DNA of 64,000 bases from Mytilus edulis (Eukaryota): positions 26,683,690-26,747,689 of the forward strand of contig NC_092353.1 in NCBI RefSeq assembly GCF_963676685.1. Reading direction: 5' to 3'. This document shows, in pieces, positions 10,206 to 25,605 of the stretch. The translations under genes were made by a program, and so were the position numbers. The stretch's first letter is position 1, and the number at the start of each line of letters is the position of its first letter. The notes beneath the pieces were generated by a model. That model searched no databases and was not told the origin of the DNA. It saw nothing but the letters and a program-made list of their open reading frames with translations.

Positions 10206-13200
10206 TACCTTACATGTTTTTGAAACATATATAATTTTTTGATTGTGAAAGGAAAAATGTCTATCATATAGCTAAGAAGAAAAAAGAAACTGAAGAAAGC
10301 CAGTGGCCGAAACGTCTTGAATAATGGTTAATTACTACAATAATGTAAAATATATTCCCTATTGAAATTTTTAAAACAAGGATATATAATTTATTTTTGT
10401 AAAGGAAATTATTTAACCTGTGATGATGAGATAATTATATACAAATAATATCCTACTTATGTATATCGGTGTTAATGAGATCTAACTTTGGACGTACATT
10501 ACAGGCGTTTTAATAAATTATGCTATTTTCCTTTTGTATTCCACAATTTTGGACCTTGATGTGGCTCAATTCCTCAAAATTGTTAACATATAGTGTTTTA
10601 CTTCACTACGGAATGAGGATGAAATATATCTTTATGAAAAAAGGAAGGATGAGTTTGTGATGAAATGGTAGGCTATTCAAGGTAAAATAAATCTGACAGT
10701 GTACTCAAAACAATATGAGAGAAAATACAAAAAAAATATATATATAACATGGATACAAATAGATCATTGCATTGAGGTATTATGAATGTAAGCAGAAACA
10801 CTAAATACTTAAAAACAAAAAGAAAGAAAGTATGAGAACAGATTGTGGTAAGCTTTTATATTTAATCAAAACTTTCAAGGATTGCAAAGTAAATATTAAT
10901 CAAGACATAACGAAAATTGTCAAATGGATACAAATAAAAGGTGTCCCAACAAACATTTAAATTGTTATTAACTTAAGTAGGTCTATTTTCCCCTAAAACC
11001 TCCATCAAATAAAGTACGCATATCTTTTATCTGAGCAATCAAAACAGAGCTTAAGATTAAGCGTGAAAATGTCTACTCTATCACTAGGAGTGTGTGTCCT
11101 ATTTTGGAATATAAAGAACGCATATATAAGAGTACACTCAATTACACATCGACATTTTGTAACATTTACACAAATAATCCTAGTTTAAGACAGATTAGAA
11201 GAATTTTGTTTATAAAAAAAAATTGACCAAAATATGTAAAAAATATATTGTTTAAGGGAGAAATAAGGTATACTTTGCGATAAATAGTTTGAATTTATCA
11301 AAAATTATTAAAACATCTCGTCAAAGATACCAGGCTTATAATTTAGTTTACGTAAAGACGGGAAAATGTCGCTTGAATTAAAAACAAAGTTCGAGTGTAT
11401 TTATAACCGTAAATTCAAAAAAAGGTGTGCCAAATATAGCTTAGAAAACTTATTTCTGGGTATAGAAAAACATCAGTGTTTTGAATATTTCAACAGTTTA
11501 TAATCAGTTAATTTTCATAACATGAAACGATTGATGTCATTTCATGTCAACGAAAACAGTGCCGACTACTAGGCTGCCGATACTCTCGGAAACGGGACGT
11601 CATAAAGCAAAGACATCGAAACAGAGATTGTTAAAACTCATATATACCAGGTATATACTTTGGTTTGTCTTATATTACGCGCGAGTCTTTTAAACCTGAT
11701 ATCATCAAGGTATATGATTATTTAATATACAACATACATTACCCCAAACGACTATACATTTTACAATCAAAATAAAATTCCACCTGTGACTGATAGAAGT
11801 CTGTCCATATTGTTACTTAGTAAAGTAAATTTAGGATGAGAGGGAAATAATTTTCTTTTCGTGAAAGCTATCTCCTGCAAGGGGATATATCTCTTTTTTA
11901 CATATAATAACTCATCAATGATACCAGCATTAAGATTTAGTACGTACGTACTGTGATTGCTATAAGATTGCGGTGCTTCAACAATGAATTAAAGCCAAAA
12001 TTGTGAAAACAGTAATGCACATATAGAAAATAACCATACAACTAAAGATTTTTTTAAATAAAAAAATAATACAAAACAAAAAACAATTGTTCAGATATCT
12101 ATCGCTCACATGCTGATAAATATTGGGAAAAAACTGTTCTGCAGACACTAATTTTTCGAGACCACAAATGAACTTATATTTAAACAATTCGTGTCAGAAG
12201 ACCACTTATCCAGCTCCAATCCCAAAAAAATATGCTGTTTGTAAATCATTCGTTAAAGCAAGAAAGATGATCCGCTACTTTCTGTATCAAAAGCCATTCC
12301 AGTGTAAACTTAATTTTGACTGATTTGAAAAGAATATATATGGTTTCATTGAAATAAGGGAAATTATTTACGGCGAACAATTTTCCAAATCAGATGACAA
12401 ATGAAAAAGGAGTTTTTCACCATTGCGAAAAACATATTGTTTGTGTTTTCTTTTACATGCCATTGGGCAAAACTGTCTATCAAACTTAAACACAGTTACT
12501 TCGTGTTAGCCATTTTCATTCTAATACTGGTAGTAAAGACAAAATGGCTTCATCAGCTACGAGTATTAAATTCTACCAAAAGTCAAAATATGACCTTGCC
12601 CTAAGTTTCAGGGTAAAAAATCGAGGATCTCAAATCAGAAAACATTAAGTCTCTATATACGGTTAGGAACTCTCTTACTAAATAGTCTGTTTTTTTAATA
12701 TTTAAAGGGGATACAACTCCATTAAAAAGTCCAAAGAACACTTTCAAACAAATACATTGGCGTTCGGAAAAGGTGTTTTTCATTGACCTTTAACATTGTT
12801 CCTAATGCCAAAGGAACTCATTTGAAAAGACAGCCCAATATGGAACAGTGTTCTGTTAAAAGAGCAAGAGTTTCAAAAGCATAATAACTATTCGATACCA
12901 GCAAACAGCACAATATAGGTTTTATTTTGAGTATTTTACATAAACAAACTTGGTGATTGTGGACTGTGCAGCAGCATTAATAGCTCGCTCATGAGGCAAT
13001 AAATTATGTTAGTTAAGATCTATGAGGACAGACGTTTATTTATTTGATTGTCTTAGTGCAACACTGCATAGAAGTACACCAGGATTGTCATTTAAAATAC
13101 CTTTCAAATAATTCAAGAAAATTACATTTTTTTTTATTTACGCTGTATAAAGATAACCGTTTTTGATTGTAAATAGGAGTAACAGCTGGAAATATTTTTC

Positions 13201-14939
13201 TCTTTTAAATTTAAATTCTCATTTTATTTCTGTTTAAATTGGTCAAATTTTCAGTTTTCCGTTCAAGTGTGATAACAAATTTGCTATGCGTCAGTAATTT
13301 TGTTTACTAATTATGCGAGATGAAGATACGAACATTCACAATCATGTTTAGACCAAATTGAAAAATATTGGACTTGCGCGTCTTTAGTTTAATATTCATG
13401 AGAGTTATTTTTTTCTTTTGTCATTTAGGTGGTACCTAAAACTACAGGGAGATAACTCTGTAAAATCAGCTAAACGTTTTAATTACGTTGTGTTGTTAAG
13501 GAAATATTAAGCTTCTCAATGATCAAAATTGGTGTTTGTCAAATTGCTATGTAACCAGTGTAATTTTTCTGATAAAACGGTTGGTTCAAATTGTTTGAAA
13601 TTTTTATATTTTTGTAAATACTTTGACAAAATTTTATGAAAATTAAACAAGCCAAATTAATTTTAGTTAAAGTGTTGGGTACCACCTTAAATGAACTTTC
13701 TCATATTTTTTCTAAAATGTTCTCGTTTTATAAAATTATCGTAACAAGCTATGATTTCAGTTTGAGGTTTATATGTACATACCTTTAAATTTCAATTGAC
13801 TGATATATGATTCGGTGAAAGAGTAAAATGATGTAATATTCGAAGAAAAATATCCCTTACAAACCTGTTTTAAGAGAGAAATAATGTTAGTCAATGAATA
13901 GATAAAGAGTTATTTTTCAATTATTGAGAATTTTAAAGTAGGCTGAGCTGTCTTGTTTGTAAATAAAAACGAAAAGAAACTTAAAATTGAAGAAAATGTG
14001 CGATTGGTGGAAACATTTCTTATCATCATTCGAATTTATCTTGATGATGCATGTACATGATGAATCTAGTTTATCTTCAGAAATATTGCGTGAATCTATA
14101 AATCAATACAACTAATTTAATAACAGTCATAAGTGTGTTAAAGTTACATTCTCGAAACGTCAAATACTAATAGATAAAAGTTGGTTCGTAGTGAGATTCA
14201 ATGACTCGGAGGATAAATGATATCGACATTTGATCATTGTAAAATTTTTATGGAATTAACGGTTGTTTTGTAGACGAAACGTGTGTCTAGCGCAATTACT
14301 TAATTTTAATCCTGGTACGTATAATGAGTTTAATTAATGTAGAAGAAAAAGTATCACAAAAATACCAAACTCCAATGTAAATTCCTAATTCAGTATATAT
14401 GGGGTCAGTAAATTCCATATAGGGATTCGAGCTTCGCTCTCATCCCATACGAAATTATTTGATCCCATATATACCGCATCAGAAGTATAACCGGAAAATA
14501 ATTTGCATTGACGTTATCGGAAACATGTGTAATGAAACATGATGAAAGGTTACTAGTGTACCCTTATTTTTGACATTTTAAACTATTATGTCTCTTTGTT
14601 TTGTTAAAAAAAACCAATGATATTTTATGCGACTGTAAAACAAGTAGTAGCCCTAGCTCTATATAAAACCAGGTTTTAACAACCAGGTTAAATTCAACAG
14701 TTTTTACATAAGAACATGCCTGTACCAAGTCAGAAATATGACCTGTAAGAACATACCTCTATGCCCTGTTTATTTTCAAACCCATTGGGTAGATAAGAAT
14801 TGAAGAAATAAGTGAATTAAAGAATTTTAATATCCAACGCGTGTCCATAAATTTTCCTTTTTGTAAACATATGAAAATAAAAGAATCTATGAGAAATTTT
14901 AATATGTTATAATTCAATACGTTATTTATATCTTACAGA

Positions 14940-17900
14940 ATAAAGACAGGATGAGGTTTGCATTACTTAAATTACCAGTGTTACGGTTGTAGTTCTTACT
15001 CATCTGTGTCTGTAATAAAAATTGAAAAGGTATTTATCGGACATTTATCGGGCATTGATTCATTTCGAAAGACAATTTAAGGTAAGGTAAGATTTTTGTT
15101 GTTGAACAGATCGTATGCATCTATTTATTTTGAAGACGAAGAAATTATCAAACCGCTCTCATCTTTAAATTGGCATTAGCTACGAGATATATAAAAAGCC
15201 TAATATATTTTTTGTATTGTTTTTTGGGCTCAATTAGTAATGAAATGCAAATAGTGAAATTATAATTCCTTTTTGTAGCCAATAAGGTTCAATATTGTCA
15301 AATTAAGCAAAACAATATTGATAATGAATTATGCAAGTGAATAATTCGACCTCATTGAATCCGTATTCATGTGAACCCCGTAGCTTGAGATGAATAATAC
15401 GTGAATTGTATGTGTAGAGTTATTTAAAGGAAGAGAATGTAAAAATTGACACGAAACAAAGATAAATCATTTGATTGACTGATTCGATCCGCAAATAAAC
15501 ATTCTAATGCAGGTATAAACGATGATAAACATTTTTTTTTATCTGTAATAAAAAAATTAATAGATCTAGAATAATTCAACAGCACGTGTCTGCTTAATCT
15601 ATTTATATCTATATTTATGTTTACATTGCTTATATGGTCATAGGAAGACTATAGTGGTCAACTCGATAAATTACTAGATGGCGTCTAGACTCAAATATTA
15701 GTACACACGAAACGAAGCTACGTATTTTCATGTCTGTGCCTTGAATATTGTTTCATTTAGACTTTTAATAGTTTGGATAAATGTTTTACATTGTTATAAA
15801 TCAAATATGAGAATTTGATTAGAATCGGTTAACATGAATTTGACAGCTAGTACCCCTTTAACAAATTCATGATTAAATGTGTAACAGAAGTGAAATATGT
15901 TGTTAAGAACTTCTTCTTTGCAGATGATGAAAGGAGCATTAGCTACGAAGTTGTAAAAAAAACCCACCAAAATATGATTATTTGTTTCAAGCCCATATAA
16001 AAGCAGAGTCGTGAAATAATATTTCGCTATAATTGAGAATGGTTATTCATGGTGAAAGCATGTTTAGTTATCAATAAAAAAAGAATGTCAATATTGAAAG
16101 TGAAAAAAGCAGCCACCCGGTAATTGTCTGTCGTTCACTGATTTTGCCATGCTCACAAATCACAATGATTAACACGTTTTTAATATAAGACATGAAATCA
16201 AACTGACCTAGAAAAATGACAATTAAACTATTGCACGTGTTTCGTGTGTATTTATGTTTATATAAGGTTATGTGACCTACAGAATCTGTCAGAAATAATC
16301 GCGACGGCCAAAAATTGCTTAACCTAAGTCATGTGGTCTCAGGTTGATAGTTGTCATATTGGTAGTTATACCATATTATTCGTATGTTGTATACGCTTAA
16401 CACTAGTTCTCAATAACACTTATTCTGCAATGATAGCATGTTTTGTTGCAAATATTGGCGAAATAAACGGATTATAATGCATTTTAAGCCGAATTAAAAT
16501 ATAGACCGTGCATTCATAATGGCTTACTAGTTTAGATGCATGCGAATTAGATTTACATAAATGTATTATGATATAAAAAAAAGTATATGCGGTTTGATTG
16601 CCAACTATCCACTAGAGACCAAATGCAATCTCTTTACCTGTGGTAATAAACCGTATCCAATAACCTGATATTAAAGATATGTGTATGTTCAGAATGTTCG
16701 TATCATGGTAATGGCGAAAGCACGTTACTTTTAGTTACATTTTGTACATACATTTCGAACTTTATCATATTTCTTCCATGATTAAGGCATTAGTAATAGA
16801 AAGTAAAATCACAAAAATACTAAACTCCCATGAAAATTTATGTTAATTGTAAAGGCAGTTTTGAAGGATTAGATTTGAACAGGTGACGGCTTGAACCAAG
16901 TGACAAAAACATCAACAACCGTTGAATTGAAATAGTAATAGATTTCAGTGCTCTAGCTAGAAATCAAAAGGGGCAGGGTACCAGTGGAGGGCAGGGCACT
17001 TTTAATGATAAGAAAAGGCACTGCTCATTTTTTTGTCTACGTTTCTGTGTGTATCATGAGTTAACGAATCTCTTTTTTTTTTACTGTACAGTATATGTTG
17101 GTTTTTTTTTTAAATAAAGATGCTTTTCTGACAACTATAGTCTTTATTTCATTGTTTGTGTAGTTATGAATGATATAGTACATCTTCATCAACATATTAT
17201 GTTTTTGCAGTTTAACTTCACTCTACCCCTTATCAAAGATTATGTTTTGGTTTTTTTTGGTTATCTATATAGGAATTATAGCTTTAACGTTTATCCAAAC
17301 TATTGAACAATAAACAGTTTACAGGTCGTGAGTTTGATAATATGTAGCTTCGTTTCGTGTGTATTTAAGTCTAGATGTCATCTAGTCGAGTTCAACCCCG
17401 AACACTTCAGATGACCATACAAGCAATATCAACAAAGATATAGATTTAAATAGATTAAGCAAATCGTGCAATTAGATTTTTTATGGTCTGTTTAATTTCA
17501 TATTATAGATTAAAAATATATGTTTATCGTCGTTTTTATCTGTATAAGATTGCATAACAAGATTAATAATTTATTAATGTGTTTAAAATTCACCTTAACC
17601 GGTTCCATCGAGTTTTCATAGTTAAAATCATTAAATTGCATAATATTTATAAATGCGTCTTATCAAATGCATATTTGGAATGTCATTTTGCTTGCTTTGC
17701 ATCATAACACTTAAAAAAACAAACCCAACAACAAGCTGTCATTTAGACAAATTTTAAAAACGTTTCATTGCAAATTTTAGTTACTAACTTAGTTATTTAA
17801 AAACTGTGTTAAAAAACTAAGAAAATGTGCAAACACAGTAAGAAAAATTGTATTTTTGAAAAAAAGGTTTTTGCAACGTTAACTTTTCAGAAGTAAAAAG

Positions 17901-20520
17901 GGAAACTATATGTTTAATTGAATAATTCCATCAGATTATAACACAATTCAAATAATTTTCTTTTCATATAAACTAGACAGTCGTCACTAATGATTATTTT
18001 AGCCGACGAAGGTGATAACAGACCTTGAAATATATCTTTTTTTTAGAAGTTATGAAGATTTAATACGAGAACACATTTTCAAACATGTGTAAAAGTAGTT
18101 AATTTACCATAAATATTTTTTTTCGAAAATAAAAGATGTAAATTTAAGTGACGGAAGAATGGTTCTGAAGTCGCTTAGTGTATATTTGTTATATATTCTG
18201 AAGTTCAACGAAACCAGTTTAAACTGGTATCAAATATCAGTCATTCGAAACTGCAAAAAAGTCAAATATTTTAAACTTGTACAATGTACCTGGAATTAAA
18301 ATCGATTTCAAGTGCGTTGTATAGTGCGTTGCAAGTTAAAGTCAGATGAAACTTCAAATGAAAAAAAAGTTGAATGTTTTATTTACTTGTATGGCTAAGT
18401 TTTACTTTTAAACAGGTTTACGTGGACTATTTTGTAAGGTAAAATCCTTTATATGATCAAAATCTTTTTATATGATTTACTTTTTTTTTTATTTGCGCCA
18501 GACGCGAGTTTAGTGTACAAATGACATCAAATAAAGTTTAAAAAAATGTCCAATTAAAGTAAGATGTTGAAGAGCATTGAGGAATACTGAGATTTAATCC
18601 ACTTTTTCCGAACCTCAATTCAGTGACTGCTAGCCAGGTAGAAAGTGACCCAATTCCCTTTCTAAAAACTTGGATACATACATCGTGAACGGTTGGAAAA
18701 ATTATGAAATAATATTATACGAGGGGTAGGATTGTTTAACTACTCTATGTCTTGGTGCTAGTAGAGTTGGTCGCGAAACGTCAAAGCTAGTGCAGAGGCA
18801 CAACCTCTAAAAATAAATTTTGAAAAATAGGACCCATTCATGAAAGCAATTTAATCTTTTGAATCCTAAGGAATATCACGAATTCATCACTAACTAAAAG
18901 ATTCAAATTGGATTACTTTGTTTGTTTAACATGACAATTATTTTCACGAACTGCAAGTGTATCTTTCTATACGCTGTTTATTCTAAGATTCTCTTGAGAA
19001 AACATTAGAAAAATTAAAATTAAATTCCTAACAGGTATACATAACAATCTCAATTTGTAAACATATATAATGAAATACAAAAGGAGAAAGTTTATGTTTG
19101 TGACAATCATGATGTAATATGTTATTCATATTTTACGGCATTTCGACAGGGTGAAATAGATACCACTTAAATTTCCATCGTAATAGTTGTTATTCTTACT
19201 GATCTGTGTGAGTGTTATAGAACTAGAATACCTCTCTAGATAGTAATTATAAAAAATATTCATTTTGAAAGAAAATTTTATGACATAGATTAAAAGATCA
19301 TTTAAAGGTAAGAACCTTACGTTGTTGAAAAGATCGCATGTATTTCTTTGTTTTGAAGAGTACGAATTTAAGTTTTACGAACTTGATAATAAAAATTTCT
19401 TACAGAAGTAGAAAATGCTGTTACAAAATACTTCTAAATATATTTTATTTTCTGATGAGTATAAAGGGCATTAGCTATGAAGTTGACAAAAAAAAAATAC
19501 TTTTAAAATTTTGTTCCAATTATAATATAAAAAGTTTCTATCGATTTATGAGTTTTGAACAGTGGTATACTACTGTTGCTTTTATTAATGTTGTACAATT
19601 GCTAACCATCCATCAGAGGCTAAACAATGTGGTGGTAAAAAAACAATGTTGAACATAGGTTCGCAAAAAAAATAATTCTTTTAATCTCTTTACTTGTGGT
19701 ATTACTGTATCCAAACATTTGATATCATAAATAGGTTTATTTATAAAAAAAAATAATCGTAACACATGCCACCATAAGAAAAACGCATGGGCATTTATTG
19801 TTATAGTATGTTATTGTCTATTTTTAAAGGGGCACTAACTGACAAATTCATGATCACCGATTTTACTCAAATTCTCATATTTTATTTATAACAATGTAAA
19901 ACATTTTTCCAAACTATCAAAAATATCAAATAAACTATTTACAGGACATGGTCTCAATACAATGTTGCTTCGTTTTGTGTGAAATTTAGCCAAGACGCCA
20001 TCTAATTAACTATCGAGTTGACCTTCTATGACCATATAAGCGATGTAAACATAAACACAGATATAAATAGATTAAGCAACTCGTGCAATTGGATTTTTAT
20101 AGGTCTGTTAAATTTTTTATAATAGATTAAAAAGTTATGTTTATTGTCGTTTACCTTTATAAAAATGATTTTGTGTGGATCGAATCAGTTAATCAAATTA
20201 TTTACCTTTGTTTCACTTTCAATGTTGACATATTTGTCCTTTAAATACCCGTACACGGACAATGCATGCGTTATTTTATCACTTTCTACGCGGTTAAATT
20301 GAAGTTCACATGAATATGGATTTTATGAGGTCGGGTTATTCACTTGCTAGTGAATAATACATTATCAATATTTATAAGCTTAATTTGACAAAATTGAACC
20401 ATTTTAGCTAATAAAAGCAAATGATTATTTCACTTTTTCACTTTCATTAATAATTGAACACAAAAAAAGGTCATACTTTTGACTTATTATATATCTCGTA
20501 GCTAGTGCCCGGTTGTTTTC
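14940..20520. repeat. Cluster of nested and inverted copies of an unclassified multi-part repeat. It may be the remnant of a large DNA transposon or Helitron-like element.
   Basis: 15150-15740 is the reverse complement of 19940-20520 (~80% identity over ~580 bp). A partial third copy sits at 17340-17560. A second module (TTACTGATCTGTG...AAAGGTAAGAAC...ATTAGCTACGAAGTTGACAAAAAAAA) occurs at 14940-15250, 19130-19520 and again at 39290-39640. The module-junction motif ATTAGCTACGARRT recurs at 15186, 15938, 19472 and 39598. Confidence 0.5.
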
Positions 20521-21394
20521 TAACTACCTTTGATATGTTTGACTGGATCAGTCAACCAATCTGAAAGGTGAATAATTATATAGGCAATATAAAAAGAAGG
20601 TTTTATTTTCACAAATATCATGACCTTTCTTTTTAAACGTTAGATAAAAAAAATAACAGTTTATAAGAAAGACCAAGTATTGGTTAGGAAGTTTTAAAAT
20701 TATGTTATTTTAGTATTGTAGTTGATGACTTCAAACAATCTCTAAACCAAGAAAATGTGCATATACAAAACATAATCAGGGTTAAACAAAGTATATGTTC
20801 AATTGAATAGTTCTATCGGATTGTAAAACAATTCAAGTGATTTTTTTAGTGATACAGACAGTCTTCCCTCAAGGTTATGAAGACGACGCAGGTTTGTAAA
20901 CACAAACCTTGAGATTTTAATTTTTCAAGGTCTGATAAATTTACAAGAACACGGTTTATAGATATACATAAAAGCGGTCATTTAAGCATGCATATTTGTT
21001 TCGAACAAAATAAGTTGTATAGTTATAATATCAAAGTGGTGGAAGAAGGGTTCTGAATGTCTATAAGTGTATATGAATAGTATGTTCTGATGTTTGTCCG
21101 CAAAACAGTTCAACCTTTTCAAACCGGTAATGAATTTCGGTCATTCGACACAGTAAAAAGTTCAATTTTTTGTAACTTGTAGCTGGAATTAATATTCGAC
21201 CTCGATTTAAAAATGGTGTGTTGAACTTTAAAGTGATATGAAACTTCATATTAAAAAAATAAAGATTGAATGTAAATTCACATTGCGATAAGACGTGTCA
21301 CGGTACTTGTCTGTCCCAGGTTCATGTATTTGGTTTTGATGTTATATTTGTTGTTCTCGTGGGATTTTGTCTGTTGCTTGGTCCGTTTCTGTGT

Positions 21395-21540
21395 GTGTTA
21401 CATTGTGGTGTTGTGTCGTTATTCTCCTCTTGTGTTTGATGCGTTTCCCTCAGTTTCAGTTTGTTGCCCCGATTTTGTTTTTTGTCCATGGATTTATGAG
21501 TTTGAACAGCGGTATACTAATATTGCCTTTATTCAAATAA
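21395..21540 (-). repeat. Interspersed repeat family C (retroelement-tail-like)
   Basis: Reverse complement of AAAGGCAACAGTAGTATACCGCTGTTCAAACTCATAAATCAATGGACAAAAAAACAAAATCGGGGTAACAAACTAAAACGGAGGGAAACGCATTAAATATAAGAGGAGAACAACGACACAAC. Near-identical copies at 36772-36905 and 48072-48200. Partial copies at 19540-19600 and 57655-57760. Confidence 0.6.
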
Positions 21541-22084
21541 TTGAATAGTTTCATTCAAGTGTGGTAAATAACTTTTTTGACAAACAAAATCCTTTACGTA
21601 TTTTATGTACTGCTATTGAAATATTGTCTTCCCATGCATTAATTCGTCTATACTTCTTCGTATGCAGTGACCTTAACTCCAATACTTTATGTAGGAACTT
21701 AAACAATCGCAAAGCGCATATGCGAGTGAAAAATTGTAATGATAATAATTAAATTACCTTGCACCTGAAGCTTTATAGTGTCAATCGATTCGAAAAAAAA
21801 ACATTTTACAACACTAAATCATAAAGCAACTGTTTAAGCTTATGGAACGCAAAACAAAACTATCAAAAAAAATCTTCGCTTGATCTGAAAAACGAAAATC
21901 AAAGAAATTAGAAGTTGTCTAAAGTCAACAGAATAAACAGCAATAGAATATAAACGAATCTTATCCTTGATTTCCAAAATGATATATTTATATATTTGCA
22001 CTACAAAGAGTAATTTGTAAGTAATGTTATTACAAAGATGGCAATGTGTACATGACAGCTAGTCACAGCACATATTGTCTACCA

Positions 22085-22135
22085 GTCTATCAGTTTGAAT
22101 GTCCCTCTAGTATTTTTCGCCCCTCTTTTGTCCTA
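22085..22135 (+). repeat. Short fragment of the retroelement 3' tail (same family as 2715-3285)
   Basis: CAGTTTGAATGTCCCTCTAGTATTTTTCGCCCCTCTTTTG matches the tail terminus ...GAGTTTGACTGTCCCTCTGGTATCTTTCGTCCCTCTTTT. Confidence 0.45.
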
Positions 22136-23937
22136 AAACAAAAAGGTATCAGAACGCGAAGTCTTGTTTTCAATTTCATTTATTCTTAATGTTCATTTAT
22201 TATTTACTGTTTTCTGTGGTTCATGTTGCGTTTTAAATAGAACTTAAAGTAAATAATTCGATATAGCAAATCGCAGAAGAAGAAAAAGAAATATGAAAGC
22301 CAAATATTGATGCCTCATAGTGTAGTTATATTACATTACTTTATACTAGTATACTGGAATACGCTCTAAATATCTCAAACCAATGATATAATAATAAAGC
22401 ATATAAAATATAACAAGAGAGTTAATTGGTGCACGCACCAAATTATTGGGCCGGAAATATGGAGGTTTTTGGTGTAAAAAAAAGTGCAAAGTATTATATA
22501 AACAATTTGTTGACTTATATATCCTCAATAGCCAGAACTTGTCCAATCCAATTAGTTATGATAATGCTATAAAATATAACTTAACTGTGCAGTTGATTAA
22601 ACGGAATATCATCTACTTCATTTTGAAGACTTGATTTGGAACTTGTGACTAACAAAGTTGCATCTACTGACACAATATTTGTATTCCTCATCTCATATTT
22701 AAGAATTGAATGCTTCTTTGTGTAACTTCATTGGGGTGTAAAAGCATTGACCTGAAACGCCATGCTATCATCATCAATTTCACGGTTCAGTGAAGCTTTG
22801 ATAAATCAATCAAATACAGTTTAGATTAAGAAAAATATCGTATTCCGGTATGAAATTGTACTCTGTAGAACTGCTCTAATGTATGCAATAAATATAACTA
22901 ACTTTATAGATATACTTTATTGAATATTTTTTCCTAAATATTAAATAACTAATTTAAGGGATACTTATATCGGCACATATATCACTGTGTTGAACGCCTC
23001 GTTTGAGATTTTAACTATGTTTGACATGGTTGGCGCCTTCGAAGCTTAGCAAAACGACAAAGGTAAGAAAAAGTATAAAACTTCTTTTTTGAGAAAAGTA
23101 AACACCAAATTCTATTTTTCACGGAAAAGAATGATCCATAATTTATTTACAGATAGGAGAAGCAGACGTAACCATTGCATAGTTTTCTAAAGGCTCCTGA
23201 GTTTTTTGTGTCTCAAATTTTGAGGCTGAAGACAAAAAATCTTTTCGGCGACCTATTTCGGAATTTCGTATACAGAATTGACTCAATATCAGAATCGAAT
23301 TAAAAATTTCTTGGTTCAAATGTTAATCTTTAGTCTAAATGTAATGTTTCGTACGGGATTGCATATTTTGCAGCACACAGGGGAGGGTGAAAAGGGGGGT
23401 GTGTGGACATTCATTAGTATTTGATTGCATTTAGAAAGAATGAATCTACAAGGAACCGGATATAGTTCGAATGAGAAATAATAGAAAACCGCTAAATAAA
23501 TATTACATTTATTAGAAATAAGCAGATTAATGTCCATTCATGTCTTCTTATACTTAAACATCAAATTTACAAATAAGCCAGATGTTGCTACTGTTGTGTT
23601 TCCTTTTTTGCTGCAAAAGTTATGCAGTTGAGCCTCTTGTTGTATCTTGTTCATTTTAAAATTTTATTCTCCATTCCATTTAACCTGTGAAAAATCACAA
23701 AAAGTACTGAACAAAATTATTTCATTCCAGTCAGTATTCAAAATATATAACAGCTCCAATGCAGTAGCTGAATGGTCTATTTTGTAGTAAGAAGGAATTA
23801 GAAACAAACAGTAGACAGCGCCCCTAAAAACCCCAACTTAACTAAACAAAACATATACAAAAACCGCACCTAAAAAAGACAAAGAGCAAGAGTTCAGAAA
23901 GTGTAAATAGAGTCACTCTAAATATCGAAAATAGGGA

Positions 23938-24603
23938 AAGTATTACATACATGTAAAAGAAGGATTAGATACGTGAAAAGAAGGATTCGATACATGTAAA
24001 AGAAGGATGATTAGATACATGTAAAAGAAGGATTCGATACATGTAAAAGAAGGATTAGATACATGTAAAAGAAGGATGATTAGATACATGTAAAAAAAGG
24101 ATTCGATACATGTAAAAGAAGGATTAGATACATGTAAAAGAAGGATTAGATACATGCAATAGAAGGATCAGATACATGTAAAAGAAGGATTAGATACATG
24201 TAAAAGAAGGATTAGATACATGCAATAGAAGGATTAGATACATGCAATAGAAGGATCAGATACATGTAAAAGAAGGATTAGATACATGTAAAAGAAAGAT
24301 TCGATACATGTAAAAGAAGGATTAGATACATGCAATAGAAGGATTAGATACATGTAAAAGAAGGATTCGATACATGTAAAAGAAGGATTAGATACATGCA
24401 ATAGAAGGATCAGATACATGTAAAAGAAGGATTAGATACATGTAAAAGAAGGATTAGATACATGCAATAGAAGGATTAGATACATGCAATAGAAGGATCA
24501 GATACATGTAAAAGAAGGATTAGATACATGTAAAAGAAGGATCAGATACATGTAAAAGAAGGATTAGATACATGTAAAAGAAGGATCAGATACATGTAAA
24601 AGA
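23938..24603. repeat. Minisatellite, ~24-bp unit (GATACATGTAAAAGAAGGATTA with variants ..GGATTCGATACA.. / ..GGATGATTAGATACA.. / CATGCAATAGAAGGAT..), ~27 copies
   Basis: Direct reading. It generates the artefactual minus-strand ORFs 23943-24155 and 24234-24419, which have repetitive peptide sequence. Confidence 0.9.
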
Positions 24604-25605
24604 ATGGTGTATTATTTTTGATAACGATGAAAGTATTATTATACACATTGGTAAAAAGAATGAAATAATAATACATAGTATACAAAATAAATTGTGCACA
24701 TGATATGACAAGATAGGAATGTTACAATTACTATTATATAAATATATTATATATAATAGAAATCAAATAGACAAAGGCTTACCAGGAAGACCTGCTACTG
24801 AATTTATAACCTTTATAAATTTGCATATATTTTTTAGCTTATTTCTTTGTGTTGTTTGTAATAATTTAATTTTTTTATATTTACTCTGTTACAATAACAA
24901 TTATCCAAAAACAGTCTTCTTAAACGTCCAGGGATCTACAATTCAAAAGAACCTTTTTTTTTTACATTGACATAAATTACAATATCCCCTTTCTCTATCT
25001 AAACCTATCCATTTTCAAGTTTCAATTGGTAATCTATGATTACCAATTCTAAATCTACAAAATATAACCCTATCTCTATCTGGTAATATATCTAAATATT
25101 TTTCGAATGCAAACTTATCTTTATACAATCTATATGGTAAACCTTTTGACGAATTGAATATATCTGAACGCCAGGTTTGTTGAAATTTGGTCAAATAACT
25201 TCTGTTTTAAACTATCATTCAGCCATTTTGTGCTAACCAGATATTACTATAACCACATGTATCAAGAATATTTTTTATAAACATAATCCCTTCAGTCTTA
25301 CAATTATTCTATGAATATTTTAAAAACATAAAGTTATACAAAATGTGTGACAACTTACTTTCTTTGCCGTGGATAATTCTACACCAATGATTTACGATAC
25401 GCAGTTTAACAGTACACATAATAAACTGTTGATGTCCAGATTAAAAGTATATTCAGATAGATGTCCCGTTCAAACGGATTTATTTGAAAGAATAGGCTCA
25501 AATCAGTACTGCAAATACATATGTAGAAAGTATAACAACGGATAAAAAACGTCCCAACCATGTCTTACTACTCTTGCAAAGGGGCAGGACATTGGGTTCT
25601 TATAA

